Notes under the pieces: generated by a model
Seen by the model: the letters and a program-made list of their open reading frames with translations, nothing else
Told to the model about the DNA's origin: nothing
The model's database searches: none
Program-made: the position numbers and the translations under genes
Origin: an uncultured Methanoregulaceae archaeon
Lineage (GTDB): Archaea; Halobacteriota; Methanomicrobia; Methanomicrobiales; Methanospirillaceae
NCBI GenBank assembly: GCA_963701095.1
Contig: OY969564.1
Span: 2,272,001 to 2,336,000 of the forward strand
Length of the DNA: 64,000 bases
Direction of reading: 5' to 3'
Shown here: positions 10,425-21,213 of the stretch, piece by piece
How the letters are laid out: each line of letters opens with the position of its first letter
How positions within the stretch are numbered: the first letter of the stretch is position 1

Positions 10425-11651
10425 TCAACAGGGAAACGCTGGATCTTTGACCTGTACGGGTATTGCTGGGAATGTTCCATAGATGACGTTTATCGTTCCA
10501 TTTCCCGATGTCACATTAGTCCATACATTTCCATATTGATCGGTTACATTGGAGTAAGGATTAAACACGAAATTACTGTTGTAGGGATTTGAACCAAGAA
10601 CAAAATTTACGGTCTGAGCGGGGGGATATAACGGAGGATTCCCGTCAATATCCTTTAACTTCACAAAGACTCCCGTCACAGACCCGGAACCGTTAAGATA
10701 ACAGAATGTTTGCACAACCGGGTTAACTATGGGGACATAATTCTGATCAGCGGGAATAACCTCTGATTCTGAAACCCCGGTCATCCCGACATTATCGGTT
10801 ACCTCAAGGTTGACGAGGAATGGACCTGCATCCATCGGCGTAAAATGTGTGGTTTTTCCATGGGTGACATTCGCAATCATATCAGATGTGTCCGTCCAGT
10901 TACCCGGTGCCGGTTTTGTGTTTGCACCGCTGTAAATAGTCCAATTCCAATTGGAAATTGTGTTATCTGATGTAGATCCCGAACCGTCAAGTACCAAAAC
11001 ATCCCGCTGAAAAGGACCTAAGTTTTCATTATCTATGGAAGTTCGGAAATCGGCGATAGGGGGCTTATATGTTTGTTGAAAGAAGTTATTGAGTGAAGTC
11101 ATAACAATGATCTTGACCTGAGCATTTGTGGGGATGAACGTGTTACTGTTGAGGAACGAGGGATCGGTAAAATTGACCTGAATTTCCTTGCTCTGGCCTC
11201 CGGGAATGCCTATGGTACCCAAAGCGGACTGGTTAAGATTTTGTTCGTATTCGTATGGCAGGCCATTTGTCGTCCCGTTGAATACAGTAATATTATTGAC
11301 ATATTGTATGTTGTCTGATCCCGTACCTGATATGGCAATAGCGACAATGCCTACACCGTCTGTATTCAGGTTCACCAGGTGAAGGGTCATTGAACTCCAG
11401 TTTTCCGAATTAGTAATATTATATGGAGCAGGGGTCTGGTTCCAGGCATTAGGATCATTTTGGAAGTTTACCGTTGAGAACTGAACATTCTCAGCTTTTA
11501 CTTCTGCAATATGCTCCTGCTGGTTCGCCGCAGTTTTCTGCATCTGGGAGATCATGAGACCGAGAGCAGCCGCAGCAGTGACCGTTATCAGGATGAGCAG
11601 AAGCGTTCCTATAATAACAGAAACGCCCTTATCGTTTAACGGCCGGGTCAT
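10425..11651 (-). CDS. Archaeal type IV pilin-like protein with class III signal peptide and PKD-like domain
   Basis: N-terminus DKG/VSVIIGTLLLILITVTAAAAL; LDGSGSTSDNTISNWNWTI...VNLEVTDNVG PKD-like segment. Confidence 0.85.
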   Translation of the reverse strand: MTRPLNDKGVSVIIGTLLLILITVTAAAALGLMISQMQKTAANQQEHIAEVKAENVQFSTVNFQNDPNAWNQTPAPYNITNSENWSSMTLHLVNLNTDGVGIVAIAISGTGSDNIQYVNNITVFNGTTNGLPYEYEQNLNQSALGTIGIPGGQSKEIQVNFTDPSFLNSNTFIPTNAQVKIIVMTSLNNFFQQTYKPPIADFRTSIDNENLGPFQRDVLVLDGSGSTSDNTISNWNWTIYSGANTKPAPGNWTDTSDMIANVTHGKTTHFTPMDAGPFLVNLEVTDNVGMTGVSESEVIPADQNYVPIVNPVVQTFCYLNGSGSVTGVFVKLKDIDGNPPLYPPAQTVNFVLGSNPYNSNFVFNPYSNVTDQYGNVWTNVTSGNGTINVIYGTFPAIPVQVKDPAFPC

Positions 11652-11988
11652 GGAATATCATCACGTTAATTGTCGTCAATGGATAAATTACTTGCCTATT
11701 TTTATATATCTGACTATACTATAGTTCCATATCTCTATATTTATCTCAAAAGGGTCCACGCCTCTCTCATAATACTGTCATAATCCCAAAACCCACTAAA
11801 AAATTGAGCCTTTATAATCGGGGCGTTCGTGGACCTTTTGCCACGTATCATTATTGGTAAGATAAGATCCCGGATCGAAGCGTTTGTTATCATTCTTCTC
11901 AATGAAGGTGTTTACAGAAATACTATGCCAGTTGGAGACCTTTTCTCTACAAAAAAAGACTATATATTTGACAAAACAAATATAGTGT

Positions 11989-12600
11989 ATGTACCATGAA
12001 CTAAAGGAATTGCTTTTTTCTCCGGATGCATTTTTCACGAAGAAAACAAAAGAGAAAATTGATCTTTTATTACCGGCGATAATTGTCTTAATCGGCAGTA
12101 TGGTTGGACTTTTAACATCGTTTGTTATCAGTGAGTTTTTGAACACTGTAGAATTGAGACATGTAGTGGTAGTTCTGACCCCTGAAAATTTTCTTGTTAT
12201 TTTGTTAAAACCGTTCATCGCCTGGCTCCTGCTTACCGGCATTTTTTATGGATTATGTCGTTTATGGTCTGGGAAGGGGACATTTATTGCAACCCTCCAG
12301 AATACCGGCTATGGGGCCCTTCCCCTCACGATACTTACTCTAGTGCCTATTCTCGATGGGATTTTCACTAATTTGAATATGAATATACCCCCAATGCTTG
12401 GCTATGGCGTTGGAATCATTCTCGATCTTCTCACGGTTTTCTTTATCCTCTGGAGTGGCTACCTCTGGGTGTACGCGATGGAAAGAACCCATAAGATCGC
12501 TCACGAAAAGGCTATCGCTTCTGCCGTAATTGTAGTCCTGCTGTATTTAGGGTATCACCTTATCCACACGCTGGGAATTGTAAACCTATTGCCCTCATAA
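11989..12600 (+). CDS. YIP1-family membrane protein
   Basis: LLFSPDAFF start, about 5 TM, GKGTF..TLQNTGYGALP pattern. Confidence 0.75.
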   Translation: MYHELKELLFSPDAFFTKKTKEKIDLLLPAIIVLIGSMVGLLTSFVISEFLNTVELRHVVVVLTPENFLVILLKPFIAWLLLTGIFYGLCRLWSGKGTFIATLQNTGYGALPLTILTLVPILDGIFTNLNMNIPPMLGYGVGIILDLLTVFFILWSGYLWVYAMERTHKIAHEKAIASAVIVVLLYLGYHLIHTLGIVNLLPS

Positions 12601-12648
12601 TTTTTTATCCGGGCTCAAAACCAAAGATACACTGAACATCAGATTCTT

Positions 12649-13257
12649 CTAAGAGGGTCTTTTTACCGGACCGTGATTTTTTCCTGAAAAATTAACGTTA
12701 TTTAGTTTTCCTGGCAGAGGTGCCCTTTTAACGTACTCTAAGAATTTCCTGAAACCTTTCGGCTCCTTGCCGTTTCTTAATGCTGCTATGAAAGTATCCG
12801 AGATCCTAAACGGTGCTTCACGGACGACCTCCGCTTCTCGCGGCATACCCCGGCCACCTCGTTTCCACAGATCCGGCTGCCGGTTTGTTAACCAGAATAT
12901 AATGGCAGATAAACTGGGAGGGACAAATTTCACCGCAATTTCCTTTCTCATCCTCCCGTCAGGGTATTCGACAATCTTTTTCTGTGTCGTTTCCATGCCC
13001 AGTGCACGTTTGAAGAGCGAGTTTTCGACCGTACAATCTACCAGGTATTTACTTTTCTTTATTGACTGGGAAAAATCGGGATACCGGATTTTCCAGCGGT
13101 TCAGGGTACTCTCATTGATGTCAAAGACCATGGCCATCTGCACATCGGTCAATCCCATTAACGCAAGCTGGGCAAGCTTTTCTGGGTGATAGGCAGAATC
13201 ATAGAGAGTCGGTCTGCCTCTCTTTATCTTTTCACTGTCTGCTTTTTTCCGGGTCAT
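12649..13257 (-). CDS. Phage terminase small subunit-like HTH protein
   Basis: GRPTLY, GLTD.QMA..FDI.ESTLNRWK..YPDF, VENSLFKRALG, VPPS.SAIIFWLTNRQPDLW: pattern of phage TerS. Confidence 0.75.
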   Translation of the reverse strand: MTRKKADSEKIKRGRPTLYDSAYHPEKLAQLALMGLTDVQMAMVFDINESTLNRWKIRYPDFSQSIKKSKYLVDCTVENSLFKRALGMETTQKKIVEYPDGRMRKEIAVKFVPPSLSAIIFWLTNRQPDLWKRGGRGMPREAEVVREAPFRISDTFIAALRNGKEPKGFRKFLEYVKRAPLPGKLNNVNFSGKNHGPVKRPS

Positions 13258-13546
13258 GTATCCTCATATTAATATAAAATATACTCAAATTTAAAACACT
13301 GGCAAAAATCAACGGAGTTAAAGTGAACAAGTTCCTGATGTCCATCAATAGCATCTACGTCAAAGGATAAAGCCATAGCGGCTCAGGTAAATCCCCCATA
13401 GGGACAGGCAAAATGCGGGATATTAAGAAAAACGATATAAAGAATCAACAGGAAAATGATAGAACTTTCGGCGATGTAATGCTCCTAAGATAACATGCTG
13501 GCTTACGCTCTTTGAAAAATGAAGTGAGAGAATTGAATGTCAGGAG

Positions 13547-13621
13547 TGCTGCTAAGGGGATTCGAACCCCTGTCGCGAGCGTGAGAGGCTCGCATGATTG
13601 GCCGGTCTACACTATAGCAGC
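13547..13621 (-). tRNA. tRNA-Glu(CTC)
   Basis: Cloverleaf GCTGCTA...CGAGC-CTCTCAC-GCTCG...GGTTCGAATCC...TAGCAGCA. Confidence 0.95.
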
Positions 13622-13796
13622 AACTGCTCACTAACATGGGCGATGGAGTTACTTAAAGTTTATCAGCCGCCTGTCCCGGCAGGTCACAAAGACTAAGACT
13701 TCTCCTACAACAGCCACAGAAATCCGTCCCCACCCAGAAGTACCCGGACAATTCATAAACAAGTATATCCAGAACCTGCGTCGATTGATATAGGAA

Positions 13797-14908
13797 ATGA
13801 GTGGCCTTGAAGAACAGATAGCCGAGCTGGAGGCGGAGCTCACCAAAACGCCGTACAACAAGGCTACTTCGAAGCACATCGGCCGGATCAAGGCAAAAAT
13901 TGCCAAACTCCGCGATGAAGCTGTCAACCGTGCGATGAAATCCGGTGGAGGCGGTGAAGGTTACTCGGTCAAGAAATCGGGTGATGCAACCGCTGTCCTT
14001 GTGGGGTTTCCTTCGACCGGTAAAAGTACACTCCTCAACAAGCTCACCGGCACGGCAAGTGCAGTCGCCGCGTATGCTTTTACGACCCTTACGGTCGTTC
14101 CCGGGGCATTGGAACACAAAGGCGCAAAGATCCAGCTTCTGGATATCCCGGGTCTTATTGCCGGTGCTGCCATGGGAAAAGGAAGAGGTAAGGAAGTCAT
14201 CGGTGTTGTCCGGGGCGCTGATATCATTATCATCCTCGTGGACGTCTTCAACGAGGCCCATGTTAACGTCCTCCTCAAAGAACTCTACGACGCCGGAATC
14301 CGTATCAATGTGCCAAAACCGGATATCACCATCAAGAAGTCATCAGTAGGGGGTGTCCGGCTGTCAGCGGTCGGGACGCTGGACCTCGATATCGAAGAAG
14401 TACGGTCTATCTTAGCGGAAAGCAAGATGATGAACGCAGATATCCTTATCCGCGGCAATGCCACGCAGGAAGACCTCATTGACGCCGTGCAGGGAAACCG
14501 GGTCTACGTCCCTGCATTTATCGCGGTCAACAAGGTTGACCTTATCGATAAAGAGGCCTACCTGCGGATCGAACATGACATCAAGGACAGGTTCGGCGCT
14601 GCTCCTCTCATGATATCAGCTCATGCCGGGTATCATATGGAAGAGCTTAAGGACGCGATCTATGATTGTCTTGGGTTCATGCGCCTGTATCTTAAACCCC
14701 AGAGCGGCGATGCCGATCTCGAAGAACCGCTGATCATCAGGACCGGCAGTACCGTCGAGACCGTCTGTACCAGCTCCACCGGGACTTCGTACGCCGGTTC
14801 CGGTATGCCCGGGTCTGGGGATCATCGGTAAAACACGGCGGCCAGCGGGTCGGCCTCACCCATAGACTCATTGACGGTGACATTCTCACCATCATCATCG
14901 AACACTAG
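13797..14908 (+). CDS. DRG/OBG-family GTP-binding protein with TGS domain (1-nt frameshift near 14772)
   Basis: [24 protein letters not shown] tail [30 protein letters not shown] lies in the alternate frame, stop at 14906-14908. Confidence 0.9.
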
Positions 14909-14909
14909 G

Positions 14910-16022
14910 TCAGTCCCTTATCGCGGCTAAAATCACGGGCAGGGGGGCATCGGTTTTTACGCCGGTCCCGGAGAAGTGGGTCCGGCCTGCCGCGTAACCG
15001 GCAGCCTGCAGTCGTGCAAGAACCATATCGATAGGAGGCGGCGAAACCGCCAGTGACCGGGCGAGGAGATGATAATCGTAATGGCTGGAAAGTGGCAGTT
15101 CCTCGCGGCAGGTGCACAGTAGTTTTAAAAGGTCTTTGTGGGTGCCGAGTGCCAGGCCGGGAAGCTGGTCCTGCATCCCGGCAATAATAGCATCATCAAA
15201 CAGTTTTCCCAGGTACAGCGGTCCTATCGGCTGCAGGGATTTGCCACAGTAGGGGCAGGTATCCGCGTCAGGAAACATACCGGCCTGCTCCTTCCTGAAG
15301 GCACAGAAAGGGCACTGCAGGATAAAACCGATCCGGGCAATGGTCTGGTCAGCGTTCTGTGCACCCCGGGTTATCCTCAGGTTCAGGCGCACGAAATGTT
15401 CCCGGGCAAAACAGAAAAGCGGCTCGATGCCCCGGTCGTATTTTACGGTTTCCCTGACCACAAACCCCAGCAGGATCCGGAGCCCCACTTCAGCGTGGTA
15501 ACCGGTATTGGCCGGTCGGGCAAAATACCGGCGGATGCCGGCTTTTAAATGTGCCCCGCAAAGAGGAGCTGTATCTGTTGCCGTCACGAGGAGGAAACGC
15601 CGGCATCCCCGGATACCGGCATCGATAAACGGTGCCGGTGTCCCGAACGGGTCGATGTCGACAGCATCGAATGCCTGCTCAAAAAGGAGCGAACAGGCGT
15701 CCCGGCAGGTAACTGTCACCGGAAGCCCGGACCGGGTCACATTCTCCTGGATCAGGGGCATGGTTGCCGGGTCCCGGTCATTGATGGTAACCGGGATCCC
15801 GATTTCGTTTGCCACCCGGAGCCCCCGGACGCCGGTTGCACCCATGGTATCGACATAATCAGAGGGTCTGAGTACCGAAAGAAGGAGAATGGTGGCATCC
15901 CGGTTGAGCTCCATGCGGCGGTTGAAAAAGACCGGGGCGGTACCGGGGGGGAACTGTTCACGGCAGTCCTGGACCGGCACCAAAAACGTTGTTTTTCCTT
16001 CTGTTGCCTCGATAATGTCCAT
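14910..16022 (-). CDS. trm1: tRNA (guanine26-N2)-dimethyltransferase Trm1
   Basis: VFFNRRMELNRD, GVRGLR, DIDPFGTPAPF, TATDTAPLCG, Zn finger. Confidence 0.95.
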   Translation of the reverse strand: MDIIEATEGKTTFLVPVQDCREQFPPGTAPVFFNRRMELNRDATILLLSVLRPSDYVDTMGATGVRGLRVANEIGIPVTINDRDPATMPLIQENVTRSGLPVTVTCRDACSLLFEQAFDAVDIDPFGTPAPFIDAGIRGCRRFLLVTATDTAPLCGAHLKAGIRRYFARPANTGYHAEVGLRILLGFVVRETVKYDRGIEPLFCFAREHFVRLNLRITRGAQNADQTIARIGFILQCPFCAFRKEQAGMFPDADTCPYCGKSLQPIGPLYLGKLFDDAIIAGMQDQLPGLALGTHKDLLKLLCTCREELPLSSHYDYHLLARSLAVSPPPIDMVLARLQAAGYAAGRTHFSGTGVKTDAPLPVILAAIRD

Positions 16023-16085
16023 TGCGGTGAGAGTGTTAAAGCGCGCAAAACTTATACATATGCCCCTGCAATTGGTATGAGCAGT

Positions 16086-16160
16086 GGGCGAGTGGCTTAG
16101 TCCGGATAGAGCGTTAGCCTCCTAAGCTAATGGTCGGGGGTTCAAATCCCCCCTCGCCCG
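16086..16160 (+). tRNA. tRNA-Arg(CCT)
   Basis: GGGCGAG...TTAGC-CTCCTAA-GCTAA...GGTTCAAATCC...CTCGCCCG. Confidence 0.95.
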
Positions 16161-16263
16161 TAGGGTATCTTCTTTTTTTTACGGATGTCGCGTACCTTGA
16201 CTACATGAATTTTTTTAAGGAAAAAAACAAAAAATATCCGGTAGCACATCAAGAGGTGAACAA

Positions 16264-16793
16264 TTGAGAAAGGTCATTCTTTGTACGTTAGCAATGCTCT
16301 GTATCGGTGTGTTCCTCGTTGCCGGCTGTACTACCCCGGTTCCGGTACCACGAGTGCCCCCCCTGCGCCTGGCCAGGACACGGTCGCTACGCTCGCAAAC
16401 GGGACGTATGTTTTTAACGCCTCGATCGATCATATTACGGTCAGCCGTCCGCAATCGGGCGGCCATGAAATTGACATTTTTATTACGACAGTAAATACAG
16501 GAACTGCGCCGTTCATGCTGCAGCTGTTTAGTAAGGTTACCGGTCCAAATGGTGTTTCCTATGGTGGTGTGGGGGTCTCCCATGGCGGCTCGGGCACCGA
16601 AACAGATGAACTTGAACCGGGAAGTCAGGGAACCGGCCGGGATTACGTCGTTGTAGGTTCAGATAGTGACTATCAGGAGATGGTAAAAGAAGGAGCAACC
16701 CTTACCGTCTATTTTGTCACAGAACCGCTCGCAAATGAGACCCCCGTGAGTTTCCAGACCGCATGGACTCTGGATCCATCGGTATTTACATAA
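16264..16793 (+). CDS. Putative lipoprotein (split by a frameshift near 16338)
   Basis: Signal/lipobox LVAGCTTP in one frame; mature GSGTTSAPPAPG... domain in the next frame. Confidence 0.6.
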
Positions 16794-16870
16794 CTTTTTT
16801 TAAAAAGGATCGCCCCCGGCAATCGCACCACGCAGGTTAATATCAGAACAACCCGATACCAGATCCTGAT

Positions 16871-17710
16871 ATGGGCCTTGCAGGATTTTTTACCATTACC
16901 CGGCCGGCAAACGCGATTGTTGCCGGGCTTGCGGCGGCTGTCGCTTACCTTATTGCTACCGGGACCCTGGTGTATGGTGTTGTCCTGCTTATGGCTGTGG
17001 TTATTCTTGTCACTGCAGCAGGGAATGTCATCAACGATTATTTCGATGCTGATATTGACGCAGTTAACCGCCCGAAACGCCCTATCCCGGCAGGTGCTGT
17101 CAGGAGACAACAGGCACTTGCATATGCCGGGACCCTCTTTTTTCTTGGTCTGGTTGTCAGCTGGTTCACGACACCACTCTGCCTGGGGATTGCCCTTTTC
17201 AACGCCCTTTTGCTTGTCGCGTACGCATACCGGCTTAAAAGTACACCTTTTTTCGGGAATGTTGCCGTCTCCTATCTTGCGGCAAGCATCTTCCTTTTTG
17301 GCGGGGCGTTTGCCGGGTGGGAACGGCTTGTGGTTATGCTTCCCATTGCTGCTATCACGTTCCTTGCGATGCTTGCCCGTGAACTTTTAAAGGATGCTGA
17401 AGATATTGAAGGAGATAAAGCCGGGGGTGCAGACACCCTTCCCATCCGGATCGGCGTACCAAAAACCGCAATCCTCGCTTTTGCCTGTGCCATCGCGGCA
17501 GTTGTGGCAAGTTTTCTTCCTTACCGGTGGTGGGGCTGCTGGTATCTTTTTGGGATACTGCTTGTTGATATTATTATTCTTGCAGCGGCTGGAAAGGCAC
17601 TTGGCTGTAAAGATCCCGAAAGCCTGACAGCGTCTGGTTCAACTACCCTGCTGAAGCTTGGTATGTTTGCCTCCCTTGTGGTCTTCACGGTCTCTGCGGT
17701 ACTGCTGTAA
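16871..17710 (+). CDS. Digeranylgeranylglyceryl phosphate synthase (UbiA family)
   Basis: NDYFDADIDAVNRPKRPIPAG and RELLKDAEDIEGD motifs. Confidence 0.93.
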   Translation: MGLAGFFTITRPANAIVAGLAAAVAYLIATGTLVYGVVLLMAVVILVTAAGNVINDYFDADIDAVNRPKRPIPAGAVRRQQALAYAGTLFFLGLVVSWFTTPLCLGIALFNALLLVAYAYRLKSTPFFGNVAVSYLAASIFLFGGAFAGWERLVVMLPIAAITFLAMLARELLKDAEDIEGDKAGGADTLPIRIGVPKTAILAFACAIAAVVASFLPYRWWGCWYLFGILLVDIIILAAAGKALGCKDPESLTASGSTTLLKLGMFASLVVFTVSAVLL

Positions 17711-17777
17711 AAGAGGTCCATCCTGTTGACAACAACATTTATGCACTAGGTCGTGCCTCATTTACCTTGATACGAAT

Positions 17778-18191
17778 ATGGCAGACGTCATCCGGAAAGG
17801 CAGCACGTTTTATGCACCGAAAGGAGCGTATTACGAAGGCAATGTCAGGATTGACGGCGATTTTATCGTGCCTGCCCGGACTCATTTCTGGGGCCGGCTT
17901 GTAGTCACCGGGAAGCTTGAACTGGGCATGAAATCGAGTGTTGCACTTGACGTTGCCTGCGGGAGTGCCATTATCGGGACCCATGCGAGGATTAAGGGGC
18001 CGCTTGTGGCGACCGGGGATGTTACCCTTCTTGATCATTGTGTGGTCTACAGGGTAACTGCAGGAGGTAAGGTGATTATCCGGCCCGATGTTCATGTCGG
18101 CGACGTGACTAGTGCTGATGCCATTGTCGTCCACGGTAAGATAAAAAGCGGGAAGTTAACCGGAAAAAGTATGAAGGTCCTCGGGAACTGA
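17778..18191 (+). CDS. Bactofilin-like (polymer-forming cytoskeletal) beta-helix protein
   Basis: Repeated (V/I)xG-rich beta-helix pattern. Confidence 0.6.
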   Translation: MADVIRKGSTFYAPKGAYYEGNVRIDGDFIVPARTHFWGRLVVTGKLELGMKSSVALDVACGSAIIGTHARIKGPLVATGDVTLLDHCVVYRVTAGGKVIIRPDVHVGDVTSADAIVVHGKIKSGKLTGKSMKVLGN

Positions 18192-18866
18192 CGCCGGATC
18201 AAGTCCCAGCACCGCCACATCGTAGATATCCTGCCAGTTAACGAGCGTCTCGACGCATCCCTCCTTTATGGTTACGACGCCCATAGAGATAAGGCCGATT
18301 TTATCAGCCATGTCAATCCCTTCTTTTACTTCGGTCAGGCAGCCAACGCCGACTATCGCTTTTGGATGGTATTTTTTGACCATCCGTTTGATGAACGAGG
18401 AACCGGGGATAACAAAGATACGGTAGCCCAGTTTTTCTAAGAGAATCTTGGCTTCTCCCACGGTGCACTGCCCGCAGTTTACGCATTTAAGCCCCTCCGG
18501 AGTCAGGTGTGCCGGGCATTTTGCAGACCGCAGGCATTGGGGAACAAAAATCGCGCGTTGTGCAAGTGGCACCAGAGAGAACGCATTCGCATTCATCGCA
18601 TTATGGATCTTGATAAAAAAGGTCAGCATCTCCCGGTCTTCAAGACCGACCAGCCGGAAGAATGCTTTCATGAATCCTTCGAGAAAAACTTTGCCTGCCT
18701 TGATGAGCCGGGGGAAATAGAGGTGCCCTTTCCTGATAGAGTACAGGGATATAACCACAAGGACAAACGATACGAGGACCGCGCCAATGATAAATAGGAT
18801 CGTCACTTCACCGATGAGGTACATCAGGCTATGAAACGGGCTGAGATCGATATCCGGGAACGTCAT
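18156..18866 (-). CDS. DUF116 domain protein
   Basis: PQCLRSAKCPA, CVNCGQCTVG, PGSSF, GVGC..E. Confidence 0.85.
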   Translation of the reverse strand: MTFPDIDLSPFHSLMYLIGEVTILFIIGAVLVSFVLVVISLYSIRKGHLYFPRLIKAGKVFLEGFMKAFFRLVGLEDREMLTFFIKIHNAMNANAFSLVPLAQRAIFVPQCLRSAKCPAHLTPEGLKCVNCGQCTVGEAKILLEKLGYRIFVIPGSSFIKRMVKKYHPKAIVGVGCLTEVKEGIDMADKIGLISMGVVTIKEGCVETLVNWQDIYDVAVLGLDPASVPEDLHTFSG

Positions 18867-19924
18867 TTCAGGTAACCTTTATCCTTGGATCCTGTGCGGG
18901 ATAAGATTGCGCTGATATCAAATGGCGGCCGGACAATACCGTGTTCGGTAATAATCGCACTCACCAGGTCCATAGGTGTTGCATCGAACGCAAAGTTCCT
19001 CACTGGTACACCATCCGGGATAATGGTATGGTCTCCAAATACTGCGAGCTCATCACGTCCCCGTTCCTCGATCGTTACTTCCCACTCACTGCGAAGAGCA
19101 TCAAACGTGGAGAGCGGGGCTGCCACGTAAAACGGGATGCAATGGTGGCGGGCACAGACTGCATGCATGTACGTCCCGATCTTGTTAAAAATGGCATCGC
19201 CAGTGATACGGTCGGCGCCGACAATGACGGCATCGATAGTAGTGGTCCGCATCATATGGGCTGCCATGGAATCGGAAATAACCGTAACATCTATATCGTC
19301 CCGGGCAAGTTCCCATGCAGTAAGCCGAGCGCCCTGCAGGAGAGGCCTGGTTTCACAGGCAATCACCTGTACCTTTTTTCCTGCCTCAACAGCAGACCGT
19401 ATTACCCCCAATGCTGTCCCCCAGGAAGAACAGGCAAGTGCACCTGCATTGCAGTGCGTAAGGATCGTGCACCGGTCAGGAAGGAGGGCTGCGCCGTATG
19501 TGCCTATAGCATGGCAGCACCGGGTATCCTCGTTAGCAATTACTTGGGCCTCGGCAAGAGCAGCAGCCCGGGCCGATATGATATTGGTCTCTTTAAGTAC
19601 CCGGTTAAGCACCCGGTCAATGCCCCAGCTCAGGTTGACCGCTGTTGGCCTGCTCGTCCGGATACGTCCCGCCTCATCTTTTACAGTCTGTACAAACACC
19701 TCAAACGTTGGTCCGGTGCAGGTTGCGGCAGCAAGGGCAACGCCGTATCCCCCGGCAACGCCAAGTGCCGGGGCTCCCCGGATTTCCAGTCTCTGGATAG
19801 AGGCGATCAGCCGGTCGACAGTAGTACATAACTCAACAGAAAATGTTCCAGGAAGCCGGGTCTGGTCGATATACCTGATGCCGCTTAGAGTCTCATCCCA
19901 CCAGAGCGTTAACGTCTCCTTCAC
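18863..19924 (-). CDS. mtnA: Methylthioribose-1-phosphate isomerase
   Basis: DQTRLP, IRGAPALG, RPTAVNL, THCNAGALA, ETRPLLQGARLT, NKIGTY, FDATP. Confidence 0.93.
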   Translation of the reverse strand: MKETLTLWWDETLSGIRYIDQTRLPGTFSVELCTTVDRLIASIQRLEIRGAPALGVAGGYGVALAAATCTGPTFEVFVQTVKDEAGRIRTSRPTAVNLSWGIDRVLNRVLKETNIISARAAALAEAQVIANEDTRCCHAIGTYGAALLPDRCTILTHCNAGALACSSWGTALGVIRSAVEAGKKVQVIACETRPLLQGARLTAWELARDDIDVTVISDSMAAHMMRTTTIDAVIVGADRITGDAIFNKIGTYMHAVCARHHCIPFYVAAPLSTFDALRSEWEVTIEERGRDELAVFGDHTIIPDGVPVRNFAFDATPMDLVSAIITEHGIVRPPFDISAILSRTGSKDKGYLK

Positions 19925-21213
19925 CGGGATCGACCCCGCGCTTTTGCTTTTTTTGAACTGACAAAAGCCCGCATCGCTGCCGACTCCCCTGACGCTACAC
20001 TATCTGGAATATCTTTTGGCGAGACTGCGGTCCCGGCCACATAGATACCCGGCAGGATCGTCCCTATGGGATCCATGGCATCATGAGCCGACCGGAAGAA
20101 GCCGGTATCTTCACGCGTGATACCCAGCATATCCGCGAGTGCAGCGGTGGTGTCCACGGGCTGGATACCGACCGAGAGCACGACAAGGTCCGGACGGAGT
20201 ATCTCGATTGCGCCAGTTTCTGTATTCTCTATCTGGATACCGAGGCCGTTTGCATCTGCCCGTACATCAGATGGCATCCCCCGCAGGAACCGGACACCGG
20301 CAGATTTTGCCCGCTCGTAGTATTCCTCGTACCCTTTGCCGTATGCCCTGACGTCCATGTACAAAATGGTGACCGCGATTGATGGATGCTTTTCTTTTAT
20401 GAGCATCGCGTTCTTAATTGCCTGCATGCAGCAGACACAGGAACACCATGGCCGGCCAAGGGTCATATCCCGGGATCCCACGCACTGGATAAAGACAATG
20501 TGTTCAGGTTCCCGCCCGTCACTTAAACGCCGGATTTGTCCTCCTGTCGGCCCGCTTGCGTTTATCATCCGTTCCAGTTCGAGGCTCGTAACCACATCGG
20601 GGAATTTCAGGTACCCAAGAGGGCTTTTCTTCCGGGCATCAAACACATCGAACCCGGTAGCCACAACAACCGCTGAGGCATCAATAACGATCACTTTTTC
20701 TTTGTCCTCGCGAAGGATTGCCTGGGGCCCGCACACGTCATAGCAAAGTCCGCACTCGATACAATGTTCTGTATCCTTGACGACACGGTCCGGGACAGCC
20801 TGGGCGTGGGGCTTGTAAATTGCTTTACGGACACCAATCCCGGCATCAAACCGGTTGTAGACCTCAACTGGGCAGATCTGGATGCAATCACCACAGCCGT
20901 TGCAAGCCACCATATCGATATAGCGTGGGTGTTCGCGCACCGCGACCCGGAAATGTCCTTCCTTACCTTCGACACTCACAACCTCGGAAAGGGTATGGAT
21001 CCGGATGTTTTCATGGCGCTGGACATCCACCATTTTTGGCGAGAGAATACACATGGAACAATCGTTGGTAGGAAACGTCTTGTCAAGCTGCGCCATATGG
21101 CCGCCGATGGTCGGTTCGCGCTCAATGAGGTGGACGATACTGCCATGGTTTGCGAGATCCAACGCAGCCTGAATACCGGCTACACCGGCCCCGATGACAA
21201 CAACATCACCCAT
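19921..21213 (-). CDS. Heterodisulfide reductase subunit A-like FAD/Fe-S protein (short form)
   Basis: VIGAGVAG, QLDKTFPTNDCSMCILSP, two ferredoxin motifs, QCVGSRD, WCSCVCCM, PKDIPDSV. Confidence 0.9.
   Translation of the reverse strand: MGDVVVIGAGVAGIQAALDLANHGSIVHLIEREPTIGGHMAQLDKTFPTNDCSMCILSPKMVDVQRHENIRIHTLSEVVSVEGKEGHFRVAVREHPRYIDMVACNGCGDCIQICPVEVYNRFDAGIGVRKAIYKPHAQAVPDRVVKDTEHCIECGLCYDVCGPQAILREDKEKVIVIDASAVVVATGFDVFDARKKSPLGYLKFPDVVTSLELERMINASGPTGGQIRRLSDGREPEHIVFIQCVGSRDMTLGRPWCSCVCCMQAIKNAMLIKEKHPSIAVTILYMDVRAYGKGYEEYYERAKSAGVRFLRGMPSDVRADANGLGIQIENTETGAIEILRPDLVVLSVGIQPVDTTAALADMLGITREDTGFFRSAHDAMDPIGTILPGIYVAGTAVSPKDIPDSVASGESAAMRAFVSSKKAKARGRSR

Noticed and set aside
18941..19961. 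Long plus-strand ORFs (296 and 274 aa)
   Set aside because: Antisense shadows of mtnA.
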